From positions 256,001 through 320,000 of the forward strand of contig JAVJQW010000043.1 of the NCBI GenBank assembly GCA_040218735.1: a stretch of DNA of 64,000 nucleotides. Reading direction: 5' to 3'. Source of the DNA: Deltaproteobacteria bacterium (lineage in GTDB: Bacteria; Myxococcota; Kuafuiibacteriia; Kuafuiibacteriales; Kuafuiibacteriaceae). The notes below the pieces were generated by a model, which saw only the letters and a list, made by a program, of their open reading frames with translations, was not told the DNA's origin and ran no database searches. This document shows, piece by piece, positions 45,941 through 56,059 of the stretch (its first letter is position 1; every line of letters begins with the position of its first letter). Made by a program: the position numbers and the translations under genes.

Positions 45941-47338
45941 ATGGAACACTTCGACGTCGTGATCGTCGGGGCCGGCATGTCCGGCCTCGCAGCGGGGGTG
46001 CGTATCGCGCACTTCGGCAAGCGTGTGCTCATCCTCGAGAAACACACGCTGTGGGGTGGGCTGAACTCCTTCTACAAGAAGGGCGGCCACCACTTCGACG
46101 TCGGCCTGCACGCGGTCACGAACTGGCTGCGCCCCGGGTACAAGGGGCCGCGCCTGCCGCTGCAGCGGATCTACCGGCAGCTGCGGATCAAACCCGACGA
46201 ATTCGAGCTCGAGCCGCAGACGCGATCGTCGGTGGTCTTCGACGACGCGCGGCTTGTGTTCGCGAACGACATCGACGCGCTGACCGAAGAGGTGCGGCGG
46301 GTGTTCCCGTCGCAGGTCGACGGCTTCGTGCGTCTGTCGGAGCGCTGCCTGCACTACCCGGAGGCAAACGAAGCGACGCCCTTCGTCTCCGCGCGCAAGA
46401 TGCTCACCGAGTACCTGTCGGAGCCGCTCCTGATCGAGATGCTGCTGTGCCCGCTCTTCTTCTACGGGAGCGCGGCCGAGGACGACGTCGACTTCGAGCA
46501 GTTCATCATCCTCTTCAACAGCATCTACCGCGAAGGGTTCTGTCGCCCGCGGCGCGGCGTGAAGCAGATCCTCGACGTGCTCGTGAAGCGTTACGAGGAG
46601 CTCGGCGGCGAGATGCGTCGCAAGTGCGCGGTCGAGTCGATCGAGGTCGAAGGCGGGCGCGTGAAAGCGCTCCACACCGCGAAGGGCACGGTCACCGCGG
46701 ACGTCGTGCTCTCGAGCGCGGGCCTCGTCGAGACGCAGGCGCTGCGCTCCGACGTCGAAGCGCCCGAGGTCGACAAGGCCGGGCGCCTCGCGTTCACCGA
46801 GACGCTGTGGGTGCTCGACCAGGACCCGAAGAAGCTCGGCTTCGACGACTGCGTCACGTTCTTCAACGAGGGGCCGAAGTTCGCGTGGCGGCGGCCCGAC
46901 GTCCCCGTGGACCTGCGCTCCGGCGTCATCTGCGTGCCGAGCAACTACGACCACGAGGAGCCGCTCGAGCGGCACCTGCTCCGCGCGACGCACCTCGCGG
47001 ACCACCGCTACTGGATGGCGCTCGCCGAAGACCGCGAGAAGTACGACGCCGAGAAGAAGGTGTGGACGGAACGTTCCATTGAAACGATCGGGCGCTACGG
47101 CGCGCCGTTCGCGGAGCACATCCGATACACGGACGGGTTCACGCCGCGCACCGTGAAACACTTCACGAGCCACGTACACGGCGCGGTCTACGGCTCGCCG
47201 CACAAACAGAAGACGGGCCGCACGGACGTCGACAACCTCTTCCTGATGGGCACCGACCAGGGCTTCGTGGGGATCGTGGGGGCGATGCTCTCCGGCGTCG
47301 CGATGGCCAACGCACACGTGCTCGCGGGGGGCGCGTGA
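45941..47338 (+). CDS. Phytoene dehydrogenase-like FAD-dependent oxidoreductase (copy 1)
   Basis: [24 protein letters not shown]; GGVKQI-like motif; [15 protein letters not shown]; GIVGAMLSG. Confidence 0.88.
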   Translation: MEHFDVVIVGAGMSGLAAGVRIAHFGKRVLILEKHTLWGGLNSFYKKGGHHFDVGLHAVTNWLRPGYKGPRLPLQRIYRQLRIKPDEFELEPQTRSSVVFDDARLVFANDIDALTEEVRRVFPSQVDGFVRLSERCLHYPEANEATPFVSARKMLTEYLSEPLLIEMLLCPLFFYGSAAEDDVDFEQFIILFNSIYREGFCRPRRGVKQILDVLVKRYEELGGEMRRKCAVESIEVEGGRVKALHTAKGTVTADVVLSSAGLVETQALRSDVEAPEVDKAGRLAFTETLWVLDQDPKKLGFDDCVTFFNEGPKFAWRRPDVPVDLRSGVICVPSNYDHEEPLERHLLRATHLADHRYWMALAEDREKYDAEKKVWTERSIETIGRYGAPFAEHIRYTDGFTPRTVKHFTSHVHGAVYGSPHKQKTGRTDVDNLFLMGTDQGFVGIVGAMLSGVAMANAHVLAGGA

Positions 47339-48849
47339 TGTCCGGTCTGCTCGCGCCGCCGGCGGTGACCAGCCCGTCGGTGATGAAGGAGCGGCGGCCG
47401 AAGCTGCTGACGAAGAAGCGCCTGGAGGGCCTGCGCGATCGCTACGACCTGGTCGTGATCGGCTCGGGGCTCGCAGGGCTCACCGCGGCGAACGTGCTGG
47501 GGCGCAACGGCTTCTCGGTGCTGCTGCTCGAGCAGCACTACAACTTCGGCGGGATGGCGACCTGGTTCAAACGGCAGAACGGGCACATCTTCGACATCTC
47601 GCTGCACGGCTTCCCGATCGGGATGAAGAAGACGTGTCGGAAGTATTGGACGCGGGACATCGCGGACTCGATCGTCCAGCTCCGGAGCGTTCGCTTCGAC
47701 AACCCGCAGTTTTCGCTCGAGACCACGTTCGACAAGGCGGACTTCACGCGGCTGCTCGTGGAGAAGTTCGGCATCGAGCGCGAGGTGGTGGACCAATTCT
47801 TCGAGACGGTCCGCAACATGAACTTCTACGACGACCAGTCGATGACCACGCGGGAGCTGTTCGAGCGCTTCTTCCCGGGGCGGTCGGACGTCGTGCGTCT
47901 GTTGATGGAGCCGATCGCCTACGCGAACGGCTCCACGCTCGACGACCCGGCGATCACGTACGGGATCGTGTTCAGCAACTTCATGAGCAAGGGCGTCTAC
48001 ACCTTCCAGGGCGGGACGGATCAGCTCATCAAGGCGATGAAGGCCGAGCTCACGGAGAACGGCGTCGACATCCGCAACTACGCGCAGGTCGAGCAGGTCC
48101 TCGTGGAGGACGGGCGCACCGTCGGCGTCGTCGTGAACGGCGTGCGCGTGCCCGCGACGGCGGTGCTGTCGAACGCCAACGTGAAGAGCACGATCACGAA
48201 GCTCGTCGGCGAGGAGCACTTCGACGGCGCCTTCGTCGAAGACGCGAAGGGCGTGCGCATGAACTCCTCGTCCACGCAGGTCTACATGGGCGTGCGGAAG
48301 GGCGAGACGCTCGAGGACATCGGCGAGCTGTTCTTCACGAGCTCCGCGCCCGAGTTCGACTCCGACGCGCTCACCGCGCTCGACTGCACGAGCCGGACGT
48401 TTTCGTTCTACTACCCGGACATCCGCCCGGGCTCCGATCGTTACGCGGTGGTCGCGTCGATCAACTCGAACTACCGCGACTGGGTCGACATGGATGAACC
48501 CACGTACCTCCACTACAAGGAGAAGTACGCGCGCGAGGCGGTGGAGGTGCTCGACGGCTACTTGCCGGGGGTCACCGCGAAGATCGATCACGTGGAAGTC
48601 GCGACGCCGCGCACCTTCGAGTTCTTCACGCAGCACGATCAGGCGACGTCGTTCGGCACCAAGTTCGAGGGGCTGAAGGTGAGCCAGGAGCTCCCGAAGC
48701 AGCTGCCCGGGCTGTTCCACGCCGGGAGCGTCGGCATCATCATGAGCGGCTGGTTGGGCGCGGCGAACTACGGGGTCATCGTCGCCAACGAAGTCGACAA
48801 GTACCTGCGCGCGAACGCCGCGGGGGAGGAGGCATCGGCGCATGGCTGA
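47335..48849 (+). CDS. Phytoene dehydrogenase-like FAD-dependent oxidoreductase (copy 2)
   Basis: [29 protein letters not shown]; QGGTDQL; [10 protein letters not shown]; GWLGA. Start may be slightly downstream. Confidence 0.88.
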   Translation: MMSGLLAPPAVTSPSVMKERRPKLLTKKRLEGLRDRYDLVVIGSGLAGLTAANVLGRNGFSVLLLEQHYNFGGMATWFKRQNGHIFDISLHGFPIGMKKTCRKYWTRDIADSIVQLRSVRFDNPQFSLETTFDKADFTRLLVEKFGIEREVVDQFFETVRNMNFYDDQSMTTRELFERFFPGRSDVVRLLMEPIAYANGSTLDDPAITYGIVFSNFMSKGVYTFQGGTDQLIKAMKAELTENGVDIRNYAQVEQVLVEDGRTVGVVVNGVRVPATAVLSNANVKSTITKLVGEEHFDGAFVEDAKGVRMNSSSTQVYMGVRKGETLEDIGELFFTSSAPEFDSDALTALDCTSRTFSFYYPDIRPGSDRYAVVASINSNYRDWVDMDEPTYLHYKEKYAREAVEVLDGYLPGVTAKIDHVEVATPRTFEFFTQHDQATSFGTKFEGLKVSQELPKQLPGLFHAGSVGIIMSGWLGAANYGVIVANEVDKYLRANAAGEEASAHG

Positions 48850-49567
48850 TTTCTCGAACCAAACCGTCGTGGTCACCGGCGGGACGCGCGGCATCGGGCG
48901 CGCGATCACCGAGGCCTTCCTCGGCGCCGGCGCCGAGGTGTTTGCGCTGTACGCGGGCAACGACGAAGCCGCGAACGCGTTCGTCGCCTCGACCGGGAAC
49001 GACAAGCTCCACGTCGCCAAGGTCGACGTCTCCGACTACAACGCGGTCGAGGCGTTCTTCGGCGGGCTCGAGTCGCCGCCGCAGGTCGTCGTGAACAACG
49101 CGGGCATCCGGCGCGATCAGATCGTGGGGATGATGCCCGCGGAGGACTGGCGGCGCGTCATCCAGGTGAACCTGGACGGCACCTTCCACGTGTCGAAGTT
49201 TGCCGTCATGGCGATGTCGCGCCAGCGCTACGGGCGCATCGTGAACATCGTATCGCCGAGCGGCCACCTCGGGTTCGCGGGGCAGGCGAGCTACGCGGCG
49301 TCGAAGGCCGGGCAGGTCGGGATGGCGCGCTCACTCGCGAAGGAAGTCGCGAAACGGAAGATCACCGTGAACTGCGTGTCGCCGGGTTTCGTCGACACCG
49401 AGCTCCTCGCGGATCTGTCGGAGGAGCAAAAGCAGGCGTACCGCGACATGGTGCCGATGAAACGTTTCGGCACGGGGGAAGAGATCGCGGCCGCGGTGCT
49501 GTTCCTCGCGTCGAAGGAGGCCAGCTACATCAGCGGTGCCACGCTGGAAGTGACGGGAGGGCTGTGA
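48842..49567 (+). CDS. fabG: 3-oxoacyl-ACP reductase
   Basis: [30 protein letters not shown]. Confidence 0.92.
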   Translation: MADFSNQTVVVTGGTRGIGRAITEAFLGAGAEVFALYAGNDEAANAFVASTGNDKLHVAKVDVSDYNAVEAFFGGLESPPQVVVNNAGIRRDQIVGMMPAEDWRRVIQVNLDGTFHVSKFAVMAMSRQRYGRIVNIVSPSGHLGFAGQASYAASKAGQVGMARSLAKEVAKRKITVNCVSPGFVDTELLADLSEEQKQAYRDMVPMKRFGTGEEIAAAVLFLASKEASYISGATLEVTGGL

Positions 49568-49568
49568 A

Positions 49569-49997
49569 GTGAAACCGGTCAAGGAAGTACTGCCGCACCG
49601 CGAGCCGTTCCTGTTCGTGGACGAGGTCGTCGAGCTCACGGAGACGAACATCATCGCGCGCCGCGAAGTGCGCGCGGACGAGCCGCACTTCGCGGGACAC
49701 TACCCGGGCAAGCCGATCATGCCGGGGGTGCTCCTCTGCGAGACGCTCCTGCAGGCGGGCGCGTACATGGTCGCGACGAGGCTCGGCCTCGGCGCGGACA
49801 TGGAGGGCGCGCCGGTCGTCACGCGCATGAACAAGGTGAAGTTCAAGCGCATGGTGAAGCCGGGCGACATGCTCGAGATCCACGCGGAGCACGTGCGCTC
49901 GATGATGGGCGCGCACATGATGACCGGGAAGATCCTCTGCGAAGGCAAGGTGGCTTGCTCGCTGGAGTTCACGGTCATGCTGGTGGACGAGGCCTGA
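49569..49997 (+). CDS. fabZ: 3-hydroxyacyl-ACP dehydratase (FabZ family)
   Basis: LPHREPFLFVD, FAGHYPGKPIMPGVLLCE, KFKRMVKPGD. Confidence 0.92.
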   Translation: MKPVKEVLPHREPFLFVDEVVELTETNIIARREVRADEPHFAGHYPGKPIMPGVLLCETLLQAGAYMVATRLGLGADMEGAPVVTRMNKVKFKRMVKPGDMLEIHAEHVRSMMGAHMMTGKILCEGKVACSLEFTVMLVDEA

Positions 49998-50001
49998 ACC
50001 G

Positions 50002-50814
50002 GTGTCGTTCCTCCGGCTCGATGGTCAGACGTTCGTCGTCTTCGGCGTCTCGAACAAGAAGAGCGTCGGCTTTCACGTGGGCAAGGTCCTGCGGGAAGAG
50101 GGCGCGAAGGTCGTGTACGTCGTGCACACGGAGGCGCGGAGAGACCAGCTCACCGCGAAGCTCGATGCGCCGATCTACGTCGCGGACGTCGAGGACGAAG
50201 CCGCGCTCGCGAAGACCTGCGAAACCATCGGCACGGAGCACGGACCGCTCGCGGGCTTCGTGCACTCCATCGCGTTTGCGAACTACTCCGAAGGCTTCAA
50301 GCCGTTCCACGAGACGAACCGCCAAGACTTCATGCAGGCGGTGCAGATCTCCTGTCACTCGCTCGTGGAGATGGCGCGCCACCTCGCGCCGCACATGCGT
50401 GACGACGCTTCCGTGGTGACGATCTCGATCTCCACCACGCGCATGGCCGCCGAGAACTACGGCTACATGGCGCCCGTGAAGGCGGCGCTCGACTCCACGG
50501 TGGTGTTCCTCGCCAAGAGCTTCTCCGGCGAAGGGACGAAGAACATTCGATTCAACTCGGTCAGCCCGGGGCTCCTCAAGACGAGCTCCTCGGCTGGCAT
50601 CCCCGGCTACGTGAACAGCTACTTGTTCGCGGAGCGCGCGACGTTACGCAAGAAGGCCTTGGCGACGGGGGAAGTCGCCGACACGGTCGCGTTTTTGTTG
50701 TCGCCGCGCTCGGCCGGGATCAACGCCCAGCAGATCGTCATCGATGCGGGCATGAGCACGAACTACTTCGACAAGACGATCGTCGACAGTGCACTCAAAG
50801 GGGGAAGTCTATGA
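50002..50814 (+). CDS. fabI: Enoyl-ACP reductase (FabI family)
   Basis: GVSNKKSVG, VHSIAFA, Y-x6-K (YGYMAPVK), SPGLLKT. Confidence 0.9.
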   Translation: MSFLRLDGQTFVVFGVSNKKSVGFHVGKVLREEGAKVVYVVHTEARRDQLTAKLDAPIYVADVEDEAALAKTCETIGTEHGPLAGFVHSIAFANYSEGFKPFHETNRQDFMQAVQISCHSLVEMARHLAPHMRDDASVVTISISTTRMAAENYGYMAPVKAALDSTVVFLAKSFSGEGTKNIRFNSVSPGLLKTSSSAGIPGYVNSYLFAERATLRKKALATGEVADTVAFLLSPRSAGINAQQIVIDAGMSTNYFDKTIVDSALKGGSL

Positions 50815-51443
50815 TTCGGCCACACGTGGTTTCGGTGCCCGTCGCTGCGCAGGGGATGCGCGGCGAGGAGCGGGTCCAGGACCTGTCGCTGCGCGCCAAG
50901 GACGCGGCGGCGATGAGCGCGATGGCGAGCGGTCACGCGGTGCCCGCGTTCGAGAAGGACGACCTCGATCGCCCGGTGCCGACGAACGGCGTCTACTGGG
51001 GCGTCGCGCACAAACCGACGATGGTCGTGGGCGTGACTTCGCATCGCCCCGTCGCGGTGGACGTCGAGTTCATCAAGGAGCGCAAGGACTACCAGATCGC
51101 CGGCGCGCTCTCGACGCACGAGCATCGGATCCTCGGTGGCAGCGCGCTCGACGCCTACTTCCTCGCGTGGGTCGCGAAGGAGGCGGTGCTCAAGCTGAAG
51201 GGCGTGGGGCTCTCGCACCTGTCGCGCACCGCGATCATCGACGCCTGGTCGGACGGCGCGCTCGTCGCTTACGACACCGAGGTGCAGCAGGTCGGCTACG
51301 CCTTCTTCAATCAGCACGTCGCGGCGATCACCGCGCCGAGCCGCGAAGTGGTGTGGACGCTCACGGCCGAAGAAGACGGCGTCGACGTGATGAGCCCGGC
51401 GCAGCGTGTGCTCACGCTGCAGGGCGACGTCTCGCTGTCCTAG
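50811..51443 (+). CDS. 4'-phosphopantetheinyl transferase (Sfp-like)
   Basis: GVAH, VAVDVE, WVAKEAVLKLKGVGL; ATGA coupling to fabI. Confidence 0.85.
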   Translation: MIRPHVVSVPVAAQGMRGEERVQDLSLRAKDAAAMSAMASGHAVPAFEKDDLDRPVPTNGVYWGVAHKPTMVVGVTSHRPVAVDVEFIKERKDYQIAGALSTHEHRILGGSALDAYFLAWVAKEAVLKLKGVGLSHLSRTAIIDAWSDGALVAYDTEVQQVGYAFFNQHVAAITAPSREVVWTLTAEEDGVDVMSPAQRVLTLQGDVSLS

Positions 51444-51452
51444 AGGCGCACC

Positions 51453-52514
51453 GTGAAGTTCGAACGTGTCGTCATCGCGGGGCTCGGCTACGACCTCCCG
51501 CCCGAGCGGCTGACGTCCGACGCGATCGAGGATCGCCTCGCGCCGGTCTACGATCGCATCGGTCTGCACCCGGGCCGGCTGGAGCTCATGACCGGCATCC
51601 AGTCGCGTCGGTTCTGGCCGGGAGAGGTGCGGCCGAGCGGCGTCGCCACCGCCGCGGGGCGCCAGGCGCTGGAGCGCGGGGGGATCGAGGCGTCGCGGAT
51701 CGGCGCGCTGATCCACGCGTCGGTGTGTCGTGACTTCCTCGAGCCCGCGACGGCGAACGTGGTGCACGACGCGCTGGGCCTCCCCGCCTCGGCGCAGGTC
51801 TTCGACGTCTCGAACGCGTGCCTCGGCGTCCTCAACGGGATGGTGCTCGTCGCGAACATGATCGAGCTCGGGCAGATCGAAGCGGGCCTCGTGGTCGCAG
51901 GTGAGAACGGCAAGCCGCTGGTCGACTCCACGATCGCCGCGTTGCTCGCGGACGACACCGTCACGCGCAAGTCCATCAAGGGTGCCTTTGCTTCACTCAC
52001 GATCGGATCGGGTGCCGCCGCCGTCCTCCTCGCGCGCGACGACGTCGCGCCGAACGGGCACCGCTTCCTCGGCGCCACCGTGCGGAACGCGACGCAGCAC
52101 CACGAGCTGTGCCGAGGGGGCGCCGCCGCCGAGGGCCACGCGCCGCAGGACGCCGGCGTCGGCGCCGGGAGCGGGCTGGCGATGAACACCGACGCGGAGG
52201 CGCTGCTGCACGCGGGGATCGAGCTCGCGACTTCCAACTACGCGAAGTTCAGCGAGGAGGTGCTCATGTCGCCGGACCGCGTCGTCACGCACCAGGTCGG
52301 TAAGGCGCACCACCTCACGTTGTTCGCGGCGCTCGGCCTCGACACGGACAAGGCGTTCACGACGTTCGAGTCGCTCGGGAACGTCGGTTCGGTCTCGGTG
52401 CCGATCACCTTGGCGATGGCCGTCGACGATGGCTTCGTGAAGCCCGGCGACGAGGTCGCGCTGCTCGGCATCGGCAGCGGGTTGTCATCGATCATGGCGG
52501 GGGTGCGGTGGTGA
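51453..52514 (+). CDS. oleA: OleA acyl-condensing thiolase (head-to-head Claisen condensation)
   Basis: CRDFLEPATA (catalytic Glu), FDVSNACLG (Cys), ASLTIGSGA, THQVG (His), GNVGS, LLGIGSGL. Confidence 0.92.
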   Translation: MKFERVVIAGLGYDLPPERLTSDAIEDRLAPVYDRIGLHPGRLELMTGIQSRRFWPGEVRPSGVATAAGRQALERGGIEASRIGALIHASVCRDFLEPATANVVHDALGLPASAQVFDVSNACLGVLNGMVLVANMIELGQIEAGLVVAGENGKPLVDSTIAALLADDTVTRKSIKGAFASLTIGSGAAAVLLARDDVAPNGHRFLGATVRNATQHHELCRGGAAAEGHAPQDAGVGAGSGLAMNTDAEALLHAGIELATSNYAKFSEEVLMSPDRVVTHQVGKAHHLTLFAALGLDTDKAFTTFESLGNVGSVSVPITLAMAVDDGFVKPGDEVALLGIGSGLSSIMAGVRW

Positions 52515-53368
52515 GCACTTCGCCGTTCGAGCCGCACTACCTCGACGTCGACGGCGGGCGCATGCACTACGTCGACGAGGGTGAGGGCCCCGTGATGCTG
52601 ATGCTGCACGGGAACCCGACCTGGTCGTTCTACTACCGGAACCTCGTCGAAGCGTTCCGCGAGACCCACCGCGTGGTCGTGCCCGACCACATCGGGTGCG
52701 GGCTCTCCGACAAGCCGCAGGACTTCGGCTACCGGTTAGAGCAACACATCGGCAACGTCGAGCGGCTCGTCGATCACCTCGGAATCGAGAAGGCCACCGT
52801 CGTCGTGCACGATTGGGGCGGCGCGATCGGGATGGGCCTCGCGGTGCGTCGCCCGGCGCTCCCCGAGCGCTTCGTGGTGTTCAACACCGCCGCGTTCCTC
52901 GCCGACCGCATCCCGTTCTCGATCGACATCTGCCGCATCCCCGGCTTCGGCGCGCTGATGATCCGCGGGCTCAACGCGTTTGCGAAGGCGGCGCTGATGC
53001 GGTGTGTGGTGCACAAGGACCGCCTCACCGACGACGTAAAGGCCGGCTACCTCGAGCCGTACGACTCGTGGGGCAACCGCGTCGCGAACCTGAAGTTCGT
53101 GCACGACATCCCGATGAACCCGACCCACCCGACGTACCCGGTGCTGTCGAAGATCGGGGAGGGCCTCGAGCAGTTCGTCGAGCACCCCATGATGATCGCG
53201 TGGGGTGCGCAGGACTTCTGCTTCAACGACGAGTTCTTCGCGGAGTGGAAGCGTCGCTTCCCGAAGGCCGAGACCCACTATTTCGAAGACGCCGGGCACT
53301 ACGTCCTCGAGGACGCGCACGAGCGCATCGTTCCGCTGATGCAGAAGTTCATGGAGATGCCATCGTGA
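52511..53368 (+). CDS. oleB: OleB beta-lactone decarboxylase (haloalkane dehalogenase family)
   Basis: HGNPTWSFYYR, PDHIGCGLSDKP, VHDWGG, QDFCF, GHYVLED; located between oleA and oleC. Confidence 0.92.
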   Translation: MSTSPFEPHYLDVDGGRMHYVDEGEGPVMLMLHGNPTWSFYYRNLVEAFRETHRVVVPDHIGCGLSDKPQDFGYRLEQHIGNVERLVDHLGIEKATVVVHDWGGAIGMGLAVRRPALPERFVVFNTAAFLADRIPFSIDICRIPGFGALMIRGLNAFAKAALMRCVVHKDRLTDDVKAGYLEPYDSWGNRVANLKFVHDIPMNPTHPTYPVLSKIGEGLEQFVEHPMMIAWGAQDFCFNDEFFAEWKRRFPKAETHYFEDAGHYVLEDAHERIVPLMQKFMEMPS

Positions 53369-55056
53369 CCGCCGCCGCCAACCTCGTGCCCGCGCCGCTC
53401 AACATCGCCGACCGCCTGCGAAACCTCGCGGGTCGCTTCCCGCATCAGCGCGCTGTGGTCGTCCCCGAGGGGTACGACCAGGGCGGGCGCCGGACCTACG
53501 CGCACCTCACGTTCGACCAGCTGGAGCGGACGATCGACACCTACGCCCACGGGCTCGTGAACCTCGGCTTGCAACCCGGCATGCGCACGCTGCTGATGGT
53601 GAAGCCGTCGCTCGAGTTCTTCGGGCTGACGTTCGCCTTGTTCCGGGTCGGCGCCGTGCCGGTGATGATCGACCCGGCGATGGGCAAGACCAACGTGCTC
53701 GGCGCGATCTCCGAGGTCGAGCCGGAGGCGTTCGTCGCCATCCCGCGCGGGCACGTCGCGCGCACGCTGTACGGCAAGGCGTTCTCGTCGGTGAAGCTCA
53801 ACGTCACCGTCGGTAAGAGGCTGTTCTGGGGCGGGCACACACTCCAGGACGTCGTCGCCGCGGGGGAGGGCCACGGTCGGTTCGAGACCGCCGCGACCAA
53901 GTCCGAGGACCTCGCCGCGATCCTCTTCACCAGCGGCAGCACGGGCGCTCCGAAGGGCGTGCTCTACACGCACGGCATCTTCGACGCGCAGGTGCAGATC
54001 TTCGAAGACGACTTCGGCATCGAGCCGGGGGAGGTCGACCTGTCGGCGTTCCCGTTGTTCTCGCTGTTCTCGGCGGCGCTCGGGGTGACGGTCCTCGTGC
54101 CGGACATGGACGCGACCAAGCCGGCGTTCGTCGACGGCGCGAAGATCGTCGAGGCGGTGCGTGACCAGGGCGTGACGTACGCGTTCGGATCGCCCGCGTT
54201 CTGGCACCGCGTCGCGGGGTACTGCGAGGCGAACGACATCCAGCTGTCGAGCTTGCGTCGGGTGCTGATGGCCGGCGCGCCGGCGGCGCCGGATCTGCTG
54301 GAGCGGCTCACGAAGATCATCCCGGAGTCGGCCGACATCTTCACGCCGTACGGGGCGACGGAGTGTCTGCCGATCACGTTGCCGTCGGGCCGCGACATCT
54401 TGGCGCGCGGCGTCGCCGAGCACACGGCGCAGGGGAAGGGCACGTTCGTCTCCAAGCCGATCGCGAACAGCCAGCTCGCGATCATCGAGATCGACGACGA
54501 GCCGATCAAACGCTTCGACGACGCGAAGGTCCTGCCGGCGAACACGATCGGTGAGATCACCGTGAAGAGCCGCGTCACGACGCAGGGCTACTTCCGGCGC
54601 GAGCGTGACGACGCGAAGTCCAAGATGCAGGGCAACGATCGCCTGTGGCACCGGATGGGCGACCTCGGCTACCTCGACGACGAAGGCAACCTCTGGTTCT
54701 GCGGTCGCAAGGCGCACCGCGTGCAGACGATGGACGGCACGCTCTTCACGGTGTGCTGCGAGGCGATCTTCAACCAACACCCGCGCGTGTACCGCACGGC
54801 GCTCGTCGGCCTCGGCGCGCCGGGGGCGCAGCGGCCGGTGATCATCGTCGAGTGCCACCCGGATCAGCGACCGCAGGGCGCCGCCCAGGAGGAGGCGCTG
54901 AAGAAGGAGCTCCTCGCGCTGGGCGCGGCGAACGACCTGACCAAGTCGATCGAGGACCTGCTCTTCCACCCGTCCTTCCCGGTTGACGCGCGGCACAACG
55001 CGAAGATCCGCCGCGAGGATCTGACGGAGTGGGCGAAGAAGAAGGTGGGCCCGTGA
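53365..55056 (+). CDS. oleC: OleC beta-lactone synthetase (AMP-forming ligase)
   Basis: GTGA overlap with oleB; NIA..L, FTSGSTGAPKG, TPYGATECLP, WHRMGDLG, WFCGRKAHRV, FPVDARHNAKI. Confidence 0.92.
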   Translation: MTAAANLVPAPLNIADRLRNLAGRFPHQRAVVVPEGYDQGGRRTYAHLTFDQLERTIDTYAHGLVNLGLQPGMRTLLMVKPSLEFFGLTFALFRVGAVPVMIDPAMGKTNVLGAISEVEPEAFVAIPRGHVARTLYGKAFSSVKLNVTVGKRLFWGGHTLQDVVAAGEGHGRFETAATKSEDLAAILFTSGSTGAPKGVLYTHGIFDAQVQIFEDDFGIEPGEVDLSAFPLFSLFSAALGVTVLVPDMDATKPAFVDGAKIVEAVRDQGVTYAFGSPAFWHRVAGYCEANDIQLSSLRRVLMAGAPAAPDLLERLTKIIPESADIFTPYGATECLPITLPSGRDILARGVAEHTAQGKGTFVSKPIANSQLAIIEIDDEPIKRFDDAKVLPANTIGEITVKSRVTTQGYFRRERDDAKSKMQGNDRLWHRMGDLGYLDDEGNLWFCGRKAHRVQTMDGTLFTVCCEAIFNQHPRVYRTALVGLGAPGAQRPVIIVECHPDQRPQGAAQEEALKKELLALGAANDLTKSIEDLLFHPSFPVDARHNAKIRREDLTEWAKKKVGP

Positions 55057-56048
55057 AGGCGCTCGTGACCGGGGGCGGCGGCTTCCTCGGAAAGAACCTC
55101 ACGAAGCATCTGCTCGAGCGCGGCGACGAGGTCCGCATCTTCGCGCGCAGCAAGTACCCCGAAGTCGAAGCGATGGGCGCCGAAGCGATGCAGGGCGACG
55201 TCACGGACCGCGCCGCGGTCGACGCCGCCGTCGCCGGCGTGGACATCGTGTTCCACACAGCCTCGCGCATCGGGTACTGGGGCGACTACGCCGAGTACGA
55301 ATCGATCAACGTGGGCGGCACGACGAACATCGTCGAAGCGTGCCGCGCCGCGGGGGTCGAGCGGCTCGTGTACACGAGCACGCCGTCCGTGGTGATCGGC
55401 GCGGACGGCGTCGACGCCGGCTCCGACGAGACGGTCGCCTACCCGGACGCGTACCTTTCGTCGTACGGGCCGACGAAGGCGCAGGCCGAAAAGCTCGCGC
55501 TCGCCGCGAGCGACGCGTCGCTCCGCGTGGCCGCGTTGCGCCCGCACTTCATCTTCGGCCCGGGGGATCCGCACATCGCGCCTCGCCTGGTGGAGAACGC
55601 CAAGAAGGGCACCATCGCGCAGGTCGGCGACGGCTCGAATCGAGTCGACGTCGCGTACATCGACAACGTGGTGTCCGCGCACGTGAAGCTCGGCGACGCG
55701 CTCGCGGATCCGAACACTCCGTGCGGCGGGCAGGCGTACTTCCTCGGTGACGCCGAGCCGGTGAAGCTGTGGGACTTCGTCGGGCGGGTGCTCGAGGGCA
55801 TGAAGGCGCCCCCGGTGAAGAAGAATGTGTCGTTCAAGATGGCGTGGCGCATCGGCGCGACGCTGGAGTTCTTCTACCGGACGTTCGGCGTCGAGAAGGA
55901 GCCGCCGCTCACGCGCATGGCCGCCGTGATGCTCGGGACGTCGCACTACTTCTCCCACGCGAAGGCCGCGCGCGACTTCGGCTACGCGCCGTTGGTGACG
56001 ACCGACGAGGGCCTCGAACGCCTCTTCGCCGCCGACGCGCCTCGGTAG
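55053..56048 (+). CDS. oleD: OleD 2-alkyl-3-oxoalkanoate reductase (3-beta-HSD-like SDR)
   Basis: GTGA overlap; VTGGGGFLG, YTSTPSVV, YGPTK, LRPHFIFGPGD, YIDN. Confidence 0.9.
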   Translation: MKALVTGGGGFLGKNLTKHLLERGDEVRIFARSKYPEVEAMGAEAMQGDVTDRAAVDAAVAGVDIVFHTASRIGYWGDYAEYESINVGGTTNIVEACRAAGVERLVYTSTPSVVIGADGVDAGSDETVAYPDAYLSSYGPTKAQAEKLALAASDASLRVAALRPHFIFGPGDPHIAPRLVENAKKGTIAQVGDGSNRVDVAYIDNVVSAHVKLGDALADPNTPCGGQAYFLGDAEPVKLWDFVGRVLEGMKAPPVKKNVSFKMAWRIGATLEFFYRTFGVEKEPPLTRMAAVMLGTSHYFSHAKAARDFGYAPLVTTDEGLERLFAADAPR

Positions 56049-56059
56049 CGATCCCGACC

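Noticed and set aside
44360-51443. Carotenoid, ladderane or aryl-polyene cluster
   Set aside because: No phytoene synthase or prenyltransferase, no radical SAM enzymes, no chain-length factor or aryl-polyene tailoring genes; the context is ole.
52696-55056. Apparent OleB-OleC fusion or frameshift
   Set aside because: OleB ends at TGA 53366-68 and OleC starts at GTG 53365; the extra N-terminal sequence in the track is an alternative frame of oleB.
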